Shown one piece after another: positions 1-13,400 of a stretch of 64,000 nucleotides of DNA. The DNA comes from Chrysomallon squamiferum (lineage: Eukaryota; Animalia; Mollusca): positions 10,788,001-10,852,000 of the forward strand of contig CM022670.1 in assembly GCA_012295275.1 (NCBI GenBank), written 5' to 3'. The notes below the pieces were generated by a model. That model was not told the origin of the DNA, searched no databases, and worked only from the letters and a program-made list of their open reading frames with translations. Both the position numbers and the translations under genes were made by a program. The first letter of the stretch is position 1, and the number at the start of each line of letters is the position of its first letter.

Positions 1-3000
1 TGATCAACTCCGAACCAGAACCGTGTAGTGTCGATAGCAGCAAGACCACAGACACAATGAAGAAACGATTTCATGTGGTATATTTGGGATCGTCGTCAAT
101 GGATAGACGATATACTCAATGCATCCAGCCTTGGGTAATGGCCGAAATCAGGAGGAAAAAAGAGGGATTTAGAGATGTTATTTTGGATGTTCTGCCACAG
201 TCACTTCGAGCCACAACTTGGAATGCAGCTGGAGTACCAGAAGTGCTGTTTGAACACAAACTTCAAGAGTTGACGAGATTTGCTAAACTGCACCAAGATC
301 CCAGATGCTTTGCATATCTGTCTCGTCAGCAGTTAAATAATGACGATTTTGAATGTCATGTTTTTTTGACAAGTCATGAAGACATGGTAAGTATACAAAA
401 AAAAAAAAAAATTATTTACACTTTTAGTGTTTATGTGTCAGTAATGATTTTATTTTTTTATCATTTTATTACATTTTCCATCATTTATATCTATTTAATT
501 GGTTATATTTCAGGTTAAATCAGTTGGTGCATTTGAATTTTTATTTTATTTGATTTTACAATTATTTCATTTTTAACTTGGTATCTTAGTGCCTGAGGGA
601 CATTAGAAATAATCAAAATAGATATCCTTTACTTTTTGTTAATATCCTGCTATTTTTAAATACAGCTGATGGAATATGATTCAGGTTATAAAAATATCTG
701 TCTTTGATAGCATTTTTAAATAAGCAGACAGCTTTTATGTTTATGTTTTTTTTTAATTTTATTAGTGCTTAAAGTAGATAAAGAACAATACTTATAGAAA
801 TTTATCCATTAGAAAATAATTCTGTGTACAAGATGATGTTCTGGAAGGAATTTGTAACTTATTTTTTCACTGAAGTTGTAAAGTAAATTTAATTGGTTTT
901 TAATATTAATTTCTTGAAGAAGCTTATTTCTTCAAAATTACTTTTGTGATGTAAAGTGACATATTCCACAGACAGTTGATACTTATTATTCTTAGAACAG
1001 CAACTTGACAATGAATTGCTGATGATACTGCTTGTGACACCACACACACACACACACATGCACTGGTATCATTTGACTCACACTTTTTAAAATCATTTGA
1101 AAACTAGGTGAAATCAGAGTTTATGTATTTTTGTTATTGTAAATTATTTCTGAAACTGCATTTTCTTCGTTTTATATAAAACTATTTTTCAAAAGTCCTC
1201 ACTGATTTTATAGATGGTATTTGTTGAAAATTAAAGTGTACTGTATAACAGGCACTTCTTATGTTGATGATCATAATAATTTTATCTGCCAAAATTATTG
1301 TACAGTTATCATAAATTGTTTTGTAATTACTGATCTTTTACAACAGACAGGGAAAAATTAACAATAAATAATACTAAATGTAAAAAATTAAAAAATAAAT
1401 TATAATTATTGAACTTCATCTTTTATAATAGAATATACAACATTTAGAATGGTTGATTCTAATATTTCTTTTGCTGAATTTTGTTTAAAAGCATTAGTGA
1501 TAATTAAATATGAAAATTTGTTTAAATAATAGCTATCTAATTGAAAATCTTTATTAAACAAAATGTTCAACTCAGAAATGAAAAATAATGTGTCTGTGTT
1601 TGTATTACAAAAGAAAAAGAAATGTCAGCACATTCTATTTTTTTATAATTAAAAGAGGATTTAAAAACACTGTTAAGTAATCGATGAAATATTTGAAAAA
1701 GGATTATAATATACTTAGAATTTTATCTTTAAAAAAAAAAAAAAAAAATCAGAACCTATTAGGATTATGCTGTCAGTTATTTGAGTAATCAATAGTAATT
1801 AAAACTAACAATAGCTGCTCCATTGTGGATAACAAAAACAAAAAAGACAACAAGAAACAGTTTAGAAAGGGGTTAAAAAATTAAATAAAATAAAATAAAA
1901 AAGGACAGCTATCCTTTTTATGATATCTATAATGTTGTATGTGTACTAATTGCCATAAGATATATTTTTATTTATGTATTGCAGTTATTGCAAATACTAA
2001 AGCACTGCAGTGAAATAATATCATTGTAGAGAAACACAGAACCTGGCCTGTTTTTTATAAAATTATTTCTGATATAAAAATGTAAGAATGATTTCATTAT
2101 TTAATCAGACAGACATATTTTTTCTTTCTTTTTTTCTAACTTTCTTTCTCTCGCTCTTCTTCTAAAAAAATGAATAAATAAATGTTTTTTTATTATGACT
2201 GTATGAAATAACATTAAGATAAAAATAGAAAATGTCAGGATACAAATATTCCCACTGAGATTGTTATTTTATACATGTCACAATTCTTTGCCAGAAAGTA
2301 ACAAAAATGTAACTTGCAAATTATACACATAATGTGTTTAAGCCTGTTGTACAAGGCACCAAAGATACGTTAACATTTTTTATAAATATAAATAATTAAT
2401 TTAATTTCACATACTGTTTAATTAAAGTAACAATGAGAAAAAGTATTTTTCAATGAAAAGAATGTTTAAAAAATATCACTTTTAAAGTCAACTGCCTAGG
2501 CTTTTAAGTAAATTAAATTAATAGTAAGAGCCCATACAATATAAATAAACCACACCATTTAGAAATTAGCTTTGTAAAGAGTAGGCTAGACTGATGTCAC
2601 TAAGGGACAGATAATTGAATTTACATCTAATTTCAGTCACATCATAACCATAAACAACAGCTTTTGAAATCAGTAATCTAATAACCTGCCTAGAGACTTT
2701 CTAAAGTACAAGGTAATAATTAAAAGAAGAGCATCCATAACATCTGCTGGAATGTTTATCATCAACATATGTATACATAATATATGAGGAAAATAATCAG
2801 TGTGTTCACTGAAGATAGTGTTTTTCTAATATGTAAATGATAATCAGAGCAACCCCTATGATTACCAGTGGTATTTAGCAATGCATTGGTGTTAATATGT
2901 CAAGAAGATATTTTATTTATCTCAGAGCAAAATACCAAGACTAACATATATGAGAAAAATCCTATATGTTCTCTAGCACGTGAAAGTATCATCTTCAACT

Positions 3001-6000
3001 TGTTGGAAGAGAACTAAAAGAAAAATAATTAGATATGATTCAAGTTCAACAGTTCACTTAAGTCTGGCTCTGAACACAAACAGATTAAAACATGTTTACT
3101 TGTGGTCATGTCTTTGGAGAATTCTAGTGGCAGTAATACATGCAAGCATATGTACTTAGTCCTGCAGGGAACCACATGGGAAATGCAGTGAAACATTTTG
3201 GGTTGCATTCATTACCTGAACTGGCTGAAAATAAATTTGTAATAAAACTATTTAATCTGTTGTAAAGCATTTGTATTTAAACAAAAACATGTTTTTGTAT
3301 TATAAAGTAAATCAAGTAGTTATGTAGGTTTATTTTATAATGTTAACCTGAAGTGTTGTAAGTTGATGGTTTTGTACAGGTCATTGGCCATGGCAATATT
3401 GTACTGTATTAGTGTTTGACGACAGGTTTGTGATGTGCTTTATACTTTCCTGACTTTCCTGTAAAAGATCTTTATAACTATCTTCTAATATAACACTAGT
3501 CTTTAAAAAAAAATTAAAACAAAATATATATATATATATATATACAAAATGTTTTTTATATTCCACACCTTTTGTCTTCATAGATGATGGGTTTTCTGAA
3601 AGAATCAAAACTTCCAGAAACTGGCATTGCTTAAAACACAAAATGCAAGGCTCATATTTTCATCTTAGGACCAGAATTATTTTCAGACAATTTTGTGAAA
3701 GTCTACTCTCATCAGTATGCTTTAAAAATGTTTTGAATGTCATTAAACACTTAATCATTCATTCATTATTAATCTGTATGTTTCTAAAAATTATCACTTA
3801 ATCATCTGGATTAGACAGAATGTATGTCTCGAAACTGTTGAAGCTATTCTTTGGTTTGGAACTAAACCTCTTGGGAAACTCAAATGTTGATATGACTGCT
3901 GGATCATTTATTGAGAAGACATTGTCTTATATATATAGAAAGATACTGAGAGTAAATCAGGTTAATTCTACTGAAAAAATGTCTACTATGACATACAACT
4001 AGAGTGACAAACACACAAATCGATAAAGTTTCAACAGTGTGTTAACTCATGATAATAACTTGATTCAGACTCAACCCAGACAAATTAACTATTTTTAAAT
4101 TGTAATTGTGTCCTTCAAAGAATTATATTTTATTCTCAAAACTTTAATTATGTATGTAATAATATTAATAACCATCACAGAGTAAGTATTTATAATTGTG
4201 TTCATCAATGAAATATATTTTATTTGTAACTATTTTCATTTGACATGATAACTTGTTTATTGTTTTGAATTATTCGTTTATTTTTACCAGATTTATCTAC
4301 AGCTATGTATTACATAAAGACTGCTTGCAGAATGAATCAACCTAGATTATTAAGTTTATCTGTTTCCTATTGCATTTCCTGTCTGTGAGAAATTTTTAAA
4401 AATGAATCTTACTTGTTAACCTGTGACTATAGACTATTGTACAGCAACCGTGGGTTTCATCTTTTATGCAGTTATAAGAATGTAAAATGTGGTACTGTGT
4501 TACTTTCTGAATATTGAATTGTCTGAATGAAAAAAATAATAATAAAAAAAATAGCTCTCCCAAAAAACCATATAATTTGCCATTTAAACAAATCTCCTAT
4601 GGTTAGGCCTTTTATGACACTGCATGCAACTTGGGATGAAAATATAAAATTTACTTTGTAGTGGCCTAGATCTTAGTGACCTATAAATAGGTCTTCAGTG
4701 GTAGAACAGTATTGTTTAAAATTACTGATGGTCACAGATATGTGAACGACAGTGATAGTCTTGTCTGAAAATAGCTTTTATAATTGACAGTCTCAATTAG
4801 GTTACAAAAAGGACACAAATGGAAAAACAAAAAATACAAGGCAAATCACATTAAGGAAAAAACAAAAATAAAAAAATATTTATTAGAATAAAACACAAAT
4901 AATACCCAATAAATATGATATCTCTTATCTGCAAAAACTGTATTCTTTTATTTGTTTATTTTGTAATATTTTTGTTTGGGTTATTATTTTTGTTGGGTTT
5001 TCTTTGGGGTTTTCTTTTAGGATATAAGTAATATCTGATGTATCTTTTTTTTTTTTTTGCACTTTGTCAAGTGTTACTGTTTTATAGGTTGGTTTCTTAT
5101 TTTATTTTTTTTCATTTATTCATTTTTTTAATTATTATTATTATTATTATTTTAAATAAAGTTTGCTTTGATCCACAAATAAAACATGATCTTTCTCACT
5201 GGATTTGTTGATTTTATTATTATTAATATATTTCTTCTGTTTTTTTATTTTTAAAAATTTTTTAATTCTGTTTCCCTTTTAATAAATGTATGTTTTTTTT
5301 TCACTTTAGTTTTGTCAAGCTGTAACTTTTCTTTTTCTTTTTCGTATTTTCTTGTAAATTAAGCTTTGGGCTTTGGCTTTATCAGGCTGTCATTGCTTGC
5401 ATCTTGTTTTTTCAGGTATATTATTACAGGATTTGATTCCTGATGAGATAAATATGTTTTTTATTTAGCTTGTTGTTCACTGATCATCCAATTCCTTTCT
5501 TAGTTCCTGAAGCATTAATTAGAAATAACAGCAGTTTTTTTCTTACTGATTTTAAAATCAAACTTCTTTTTCTCAAGTGTAGTCAATTATTTTTCAGATT
5601 CAAATAATTTTGGTTGAGCATTATTATTTTTATTATTATATTAAACACTAAAACCGAATAACAGAGTATATATATATATAAATTATTTTTATAATTTATA
5701 ATTGGAACATGTCAGATTAAAAATATATTTATCTGTTTTAGAAACCAACCCAAACACACCTGCACACACACACTCAGCCAAATATCAACAGCTGACAGTA
5801 AAACATGAATAGACCATGCAAAATTTTGAGCCTGTTACCTCAACAGGTGTTGCACATGCTTTTCATGCTGATTTTTTTTGTACAGGTCATTGGCCATAGC
5901 AATGTTGTACTGTCATAGTATTAGTGTTAAACAAAATCTGGACAAGAAGTAGAAGCTAAGTAAGTTTTATAGTAGGTAATTTTATTCATTTATTTATTTA

Positions 6001-8411
6001 TATATTTATTTTATATAAAAAAAAATTCTTGGGACAGAAGAAACATGTTCATTGTTAATGGGTTTTTTCTTGTTTTTTTGTTGTTGTTTTTTCAGAAAGT
6101 ATCCCAAACACACCAGCAACACCCATAGCTAAATATCAACAGCTGACAGTAAAACATGCATTGTGCATGCAGAATTGTGAGCATGTTACCTCAACAGGCA
6201 CTGCACATGTTTTTTGTTTGTTTCTTGTATATATTTTGGCCTTTGTAAGTTGAACATTTTACTGTCATATTATCAGAGTTAGATGAAAGATTAAAGAAAA
6301 TCATGAAACAAGAAGCTATCTAACTGTATAGTATGTTGTTTGATTCTTTGATTTTTTAATTTTTTTTTTAATTTTTTGCTTTTTTAAAAAGTAATTAACT
6401 TTTTTTTTTAAAAACCCAACTTAATGAACATAATTTTGTTTTTTATTTTATATTTTCTAAGGGAAATTAATTAATCTTGTTTTGATGTAAATATTTATTT
6501 GTTAATGATTTCAAGAACTTGATTCTATTACTGTAATGATTATATTATTGTAATTGTAGCAAAAGTTGTTTCTTTTCTTTTCTTTTCTTTTTCTTAAAAT
6601 CTAATTTATATGTTTCATTTGTTTCTTAATCAAGCTAGATTTATTTTTGGTACTTTTGATCTGTTTTATACCTTTAGTTTTAATTTGTTTAATTTTTCGA
6701 TAAAATATTTGTTTTTAAAAAATGCTCTGGCTTAGCAGTAGAAATGTAAACCAAAAATTAAAATCACTTAATGCCCTGACGTTATTTGATACTATAGCTG
6801 ATATGTGCTAGAATACTGTGTGTTATGTGCATGTGCATGTGTATGCTTGTTTTTTTTTCTTTCCTAATTTTTTTCTTTAAGTTGTAATGCCATAAATACA
6901 TACTTATTTTGATTAGACTACCATTACTAGAAATAACTTTAGTGTGTGTGTCAGTCCATAGATTTTTAAATTCTTAGAAATCCAGGATGCATTTTAATCA
7001 AAGTACTAAGAAATAACTTCAGTTAATTAGTGTCGTAACTGATATGAAATCATACCAGGACATTAGGTTTTATATATTGCGTGTTGTGATGCTTTTGATT
7101 GGGTGTCATTAATATCACTCCTGCATCGAAATGTTTTTGAAGAGGTTATTTGATAACAGGAACTATTTCTCTCAGGAGATAAGTTTGGCACGCTTAGCTT
7201 TTTAAGAGCCAACCACATGTGCTGGCGAGCATTGCTGATAGTCTTTTGTTTGATAGCAAGAATCGCATCAGAAACACACTTCAGTGGTTTTTAGATTTAA
7301 TTAGTCTTGATATATAAAGGAGACGCATCTTGTTGTCCAGTAGTTATCTTTCAATTGATTCAGGAGCAAAAATACATTTTTACAAGTGTTTGGAAAAAGA
7401 GAAGAAAAATATCTGTGAAGTAAGTTAAGATTACTGTTATATTATTAATATTATTATATTATTATTATTATTAAAATTATGATGATGATGATGAAATAAA
7501 ACTAATTATTATTATAATTATTATTATTATTATTATTAATGAAAATGTTACGGTAATTAATTGAATTTTTAAATGACTTTTTTTTTCCATAAAAATTACA
7601 CTAATACCTTGTATAGATTTAAAACCTTAATATTCACAGTATTTATTTATTAGACTTTGTTACTTTTCAATTTTATGAGAGCTATGCAAAAATAAATATG
7701 GTGGATCCCATAGGTTGTTACTTACATTTGGTGTGTAAAACTTGAATATCAGTACTGTCCAATTTATTTATAAAAGAATCTGACCACTGTAGTTCTCTTA
7801 CGTAAATATTTTTAATATCATTCATTATTATCATTGTCATGATTATTAAGTTGGTGTAATGTCTATAATTAAGTCCATGTATACTTTGTAAAAGCTAGTT
7901 GACGTCATTCTTGTTCTTAGATGTCTTGTAATGTGTATATTTAGATTCTCTGTTTTACCCGTTGATGAAGCTTAAAACTACTAATCAGTGGAAGTTGATT
8001 GTGACAGTATTAAGCTGTTAGATAACAGCACTGTTGTATTTAAGTAATTACAAAGTGATTTTCAGTGATGTTGATACAAAGTTTTAACCAATAATCAGAA
8101 ATGGTTTTATTCCTTTGAGATCATTATTGCTGCCACGATAAACATTTTATGTTTGTGTTGCTTTTTTGGATTGTTTATTTTCAAAATTCTTTCACTGGTG
8201 AGTAAATTCAGTTGTGAATTGAAAACAGATTTTGTCTGAAAGCATATTTTTTGAAGGTTTTATAAAAATTGAAGTGAAAATGTTGATAAAATTCAAAATT
8301 AACAATGATTTTGGTAATATGGATAAGGGACATTTGTTTAGCTGAAAAGATGGGGTGATATATATATACACGTAAATGCATTGTGAAAAAAGAAATGAAT
8401 AAGCAAGAAAA

Positions 8412-8446
<35 letters not shown>

Positions 8447-10358
8447 TTAAATTATCTAAAATAATTTTTTATCTTTCCTTTGGCTATTTATTTAATTTTT
8501 GTGTACATGTGCTTCTTCTTGTCAGCTTGGCAGATTGTTTTTAGAGATGAAGTGTTGTCTCATGAAATAAATATTTAAAGTTTGGATCCATTTTCCTTGG
8601 GGCTGTGAAGACTTAATTGCACAAAGAGTTCTCAGTACAGAACAAAACAAGTTTAAAATTAGCTGATCTGGATAGTAGTTTGCCTCAAGAAAGAAAATGC
8701 TGTCCATTTTGTCAGTTTGCAACAATACCGTAACTGCTGAGCTTTATATCTTGTGAAAATATGTGAGATTGCAATTATTATTTTACAGCAGTATTATTAT
8801 TTTTTTGGTTGTTTTTAATGGCAGTGAAAAGACACTCTTTTTAAAAATAATTTCAGAATAAAAAAACAAAAAAACATTGTTACTAAATGCTTTTTTCAAA
8901 TGAAGGTAAACATCAATTTTGTATGAAAGCACATCTTTCTAAAGAAAAACTAAAGCAAGCATAAGAAAAAAATATTAAATGTCATGAGAAATATTGATCT
9001 GAATATGACATTTATAGAAAATGTAAAAATGGAAGTTATTTTGTTACTGTTAAAAAATGGAATATGTTATAAAATCAATCAGCTTTCTGAAAGGTACTTT
9101 TTCATCTACAGAAAATCTCGGCAGTATGTTTAATGTGCACGTAAAACATGTTGTTAATGTGTTAGAAAGTTAGAAAAAAAAGAAACTTGGGTTATCCATG
9201 CCTCTCAGGCATTTAATCCAGAGTGATTATATCAGCATTGTTATTTATTCATGATGTTACAAAAGAAATGCATCAGGTTAATTAAAATGAAAACTGAAAT
9301 ATTGTTTATAAATACAGTTAGCCAAGATTATTGATAAAATATGAGCTCTGTTTTGTCTATAGCAAAGAACAGAATCTGTCATGATTTTTTATCTTTCAGG
9401 TTTGTTAGTTATATATATATATTTTTTTTAAATGAAATACCTGAGTTAAATGTCAGGGATGTTGTTTACTTCCAGCAGTAGTAAATACCTATTGTTTGGT
9501 AAGAACAAAAACATTAATGTATTTAATTAATAATTTTTTTTTCTCACAAATAATTTATAATACTTGTATCACTACTGTAGCTGTGAACACCTGTTAAAAT
9601 CTATCTGAATTCTTAGCACGTACATCAGAATTTGGCTGTTATGTTTATTTTCACTTTATATGTGGTCATTACTACCAGTATTAGCATGGTCATTATATGA
9701 TACTTTGGTTTTCTTAAATTATTATTTTATTAGTGTGTGCAGATACATTTGGTTGTCAAATCTATTGCAGCTGGACTTTAATCTTTTAAATTAGACAAAC
9801 TGATTGAAAATGTGTACCCATTAAAGAAAATTAAAACAGTGGAGAGATATTTTAAAATTTTATTTACATGTATTTATTTTCTTGTTTTTGCAAATGATTG
9901 GTGTGTGTGTGTGTATGTATTTACATACATTATCTATACATATTGCTTCAGGCAACTGCAGTTCCTGTATATTGTTGACCACAGATGGAGTATACATATA
10001 TCTTGTATCCTGTTTAATCACTTTATTTTGTATCACAAAGCAGAATTATGCTAAGTAATATTTTATAAATCTCCATGCAGTTATATACAAAGCTAAAAAA
10101 TCAGTTCATCATTATATTTATTTGTAGATGCTTATTTTATTTTTTATCAGCAGATCATGTGATGGAGAAAGTCCCTACAAATATAATCCAAGACCTGTCC
10201 TTTCAAATAAGCCTATATATATATTTACAGTGTATACATTTTCTTACATTAGTTCTGTATGTATGTCAGTATATAATCTTGTTATTCTGTGTATAGTTAC
10301 TTATTTGTATTTAAGTGTATACCCTGGTATCAGTTTCCTTATCACAACACACAACTAT

Positions 10359-10416
<58 letters not shown>

Positions 10417-13400
10417 AGATATATATATATATAATCACTTGATGATTGTCAGATATTATCAGTAAGATAAGTCAAAAAGATTACATTGGTTGTTAATCTA
10501 ATGGTCACATCCAAGTGTGTACTTCTTTTCCATATGACCTGCATGTGATGGGTGAGTAGGCTCTTTGTCAGAAGGAAATGACATCATTCACATGTTTATG
10601 TAAGATTTCAGTTTAAGTCAGGTCTTGTGTTCCATAGCCATCATCAGAACAGGACTGACAATTACCCTTATTAAAATAAGTAAGAGTCAAAATGAACTGT
10701 TACAGTGATTTCAAGTTCTAATAGTGAATTTTCAAACTTAGCTTTAGTTAGAAAGATTTTGTGCTTGTTGTGCATTTACAAAACTTGTTTCTGAAAAGAA
10801 ATCGTAAAATGGGATGATGATCTCTGAGATGATTCCTATAAAAGAAATGTTTCTGGTTTTTGAACAGCACAGTACAAATCAGTGAGAATTCTAATAAAGT
10901 TTTCTTCTTGGAGATGGGATTGTTGAAAAAGCTTTTCAAGCAAAAAATCCTTTTTCAAAATGGACCCCCTGTAAAGCCTGATTGCAAGGATGGTTTGTCA
11001 CAGGACAAAACAAAGGTGTGTATTTGATAAAGATATTGTTAATTACCTGACATGTTTGTTATTACATCACAGATAAAGCAGTTTGTTGTCTGCCTCTGTG
11101 ATACTTCAGTTTATAAGTAAAATTGTTCTGATTCCATCCTGTTAGATTTTAAAATCCTTAATACAATCATTTTAAATACAGTTGTCTGATTAAATGTTTA
11201 AATTAAGTTATTAGCTTTTAATTTATAGAGAATTTGTTTTATATCATTATTTGAATAATTAATTACCTTCATCTCTGTGTTCTTTTAATTGTTTTTCTAT
11301 GGAAGACATTATTTCAGAAGTACACAAAACAGACAAGAAAAATGGGAGCTCTGTTATTTTAATTATTGCTGTATTCTTATACATTATTATCAAAGAGAGG
11401 ATTTGAAAACTAAACAAAACAATGCTTTGAAAGTACTATTATGAATTAAGGCTGCCATAGTGTTTTTATCTCCATTGGTAGATTGTACAGATATTAACAA
11501 AGCCTGTTCTTCAGACACAAAATCATTTGGGGATGTATACCAAATTGCATTTAGACTGTTACTTAATATGATGAGGGGTTTGTTCTAACTTTTTAAGTTG
11601 TATTGACAAGAAATAATCAATAAAAACCTTTTTTCTGGCTTTTATTTTCATGGCATATATCTGATATTGTTCCATGTCAACATGGTCCAGCAGTAATTCC
11701 ATCTGTTTCTACTGATGGAAACCACAGTAATGAGTTATCATTAGTAACTTCAGAAATATCCTTACTCGTGTGTGATAACAGCTAATCATGATTAAATATA
11801 CACCTCTTTTCTTTGCAGACCAATGTTAATGCTTAATAGTAAAGTGGCAAACCAGTGTTTATTGTTTGCTTGTATTAAATATTTAGTGAGTGTGTGTGCG
11901 ATAGTTGATAAATTAATCATAGGAAGTGGTAGTGCATTCACTAGCTGTTGTGAAGGGAAATACTTTCATGCTAAATGTTCCCACAAAAGTTGTGAAATTA
12001 ATCAAGATAAAATTGATGCACAAACTGAAGTGTTGGTTTCAAGATAATAATGATGGAAATATTTTCCTTTATAGTATATTGACATGTGTGTATGTGATGA
12101 GTGAGTAAGAATTCACCACACAGTATCAGACATTTAAGAAGTAAAGTATGAGTAGATAGAGCAATAAGAAATGTATTTTCAGAAATTCTTTTTTCATTTT
12201 AAATGTATTGTGAATGTATATTAAACTGTTTAAATACATTTGTTTAAATTTCTGTGTAGTTGATGCACATCAAACAGTTAGCAACTTAGTACTATAAAAA
12301 GAAAATAATGTGTATGTACAGTCTGCTATTCAAATGCTTTCCTTTCATACCTATATTGATTATATATTTGTATGGAAGGAAATGTCTGGACATCAATTCT
12401 TAATCCAGTTTTGTTTTCATTCTTCATTTCTTGTCTTTTTCTTTATCTATAATGAGACCTGGCATGGTAACTAACAACAGTGTTTTCTGATTGCTGGACA
12501 CAAACCAACAGCTTCATGTTGTATATTATTCTTGTAGATCTTAATTTCATCTGTTTTAATACATGAATGCATACATGATGGCTTGTCAGAATACATTCAA
12601 GCTATAATTAAGACATTTTCTTAAACTGGGATGAAAAGACTGTAATTATTTTCAGCATCATTATAATCATCTATTGATACATCATTAGGCTTAATAATGG
12701 ATCTTTTTATTTTTTTTTTTCAAATATCTCTTATTTTTAATTTATTTTTTAATAAACATTTAAAATTGCATGCATATTCTATTTAATTTTCATAACAAAA
12801 CCTTTTTTATTTTTTTATTTTCACTTCCAGGTACCTGAAATTTTCAACACAATTCGCGAAACAACCAAAGATCTGAACAAAGATACTCCGTGTGAACAAG
12901 TAGTGAATCATTCGAATATGGGTGAAGGAAACTTTGACCAGTCGAAAGCCTTTTTCGAGGTCAAATACATGGGTAGAATCAAAGTGAAGACTCGAAAAGT
13001 GCCAACAACTTTTATTGATGACCTCGTTGACCGCTTTGAAGCCAAAGAGGAGGAGAGACAGCTTCGGTATCAACAGCTGGAGATACGACAGCGTCATGCT
13101 AGTGGAGCCAGCGTACGCAGTCTCCCGGCCTCACTGGACGATGCTGTACTCGTAACAGAGAACAATCTGCAGTCTCAGCAACAGCGACTTCGTTCCGACT
13201 ACAGCAGCACGGAGAGCAGCACAGACGAACTGATGAACTCTGGTGGCGAGCTACCAAGCTCTTCGGACAACTTCCTGGAAACTGCGAGCACTTTTTCAAG
13301 TCCGGAGATTTCCAAGGAAAGGGAAAGAACAGGCAGTTCCACGGACTGTATCGTTGACAGTTCTGGCAGTTTTTCTAACACTAATGCAAAAGGTGCTAAA

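Noticed and set aside
11819-12108. Possible extra exon or ORFs in TBC intron 1 with an acceptor at 11818 and GTGAGT/GTAAGA donors near 12101-12105
   Set aside because: No frame that I checked joins exon 12831 in phase 0, and the peptides resemble no known family.
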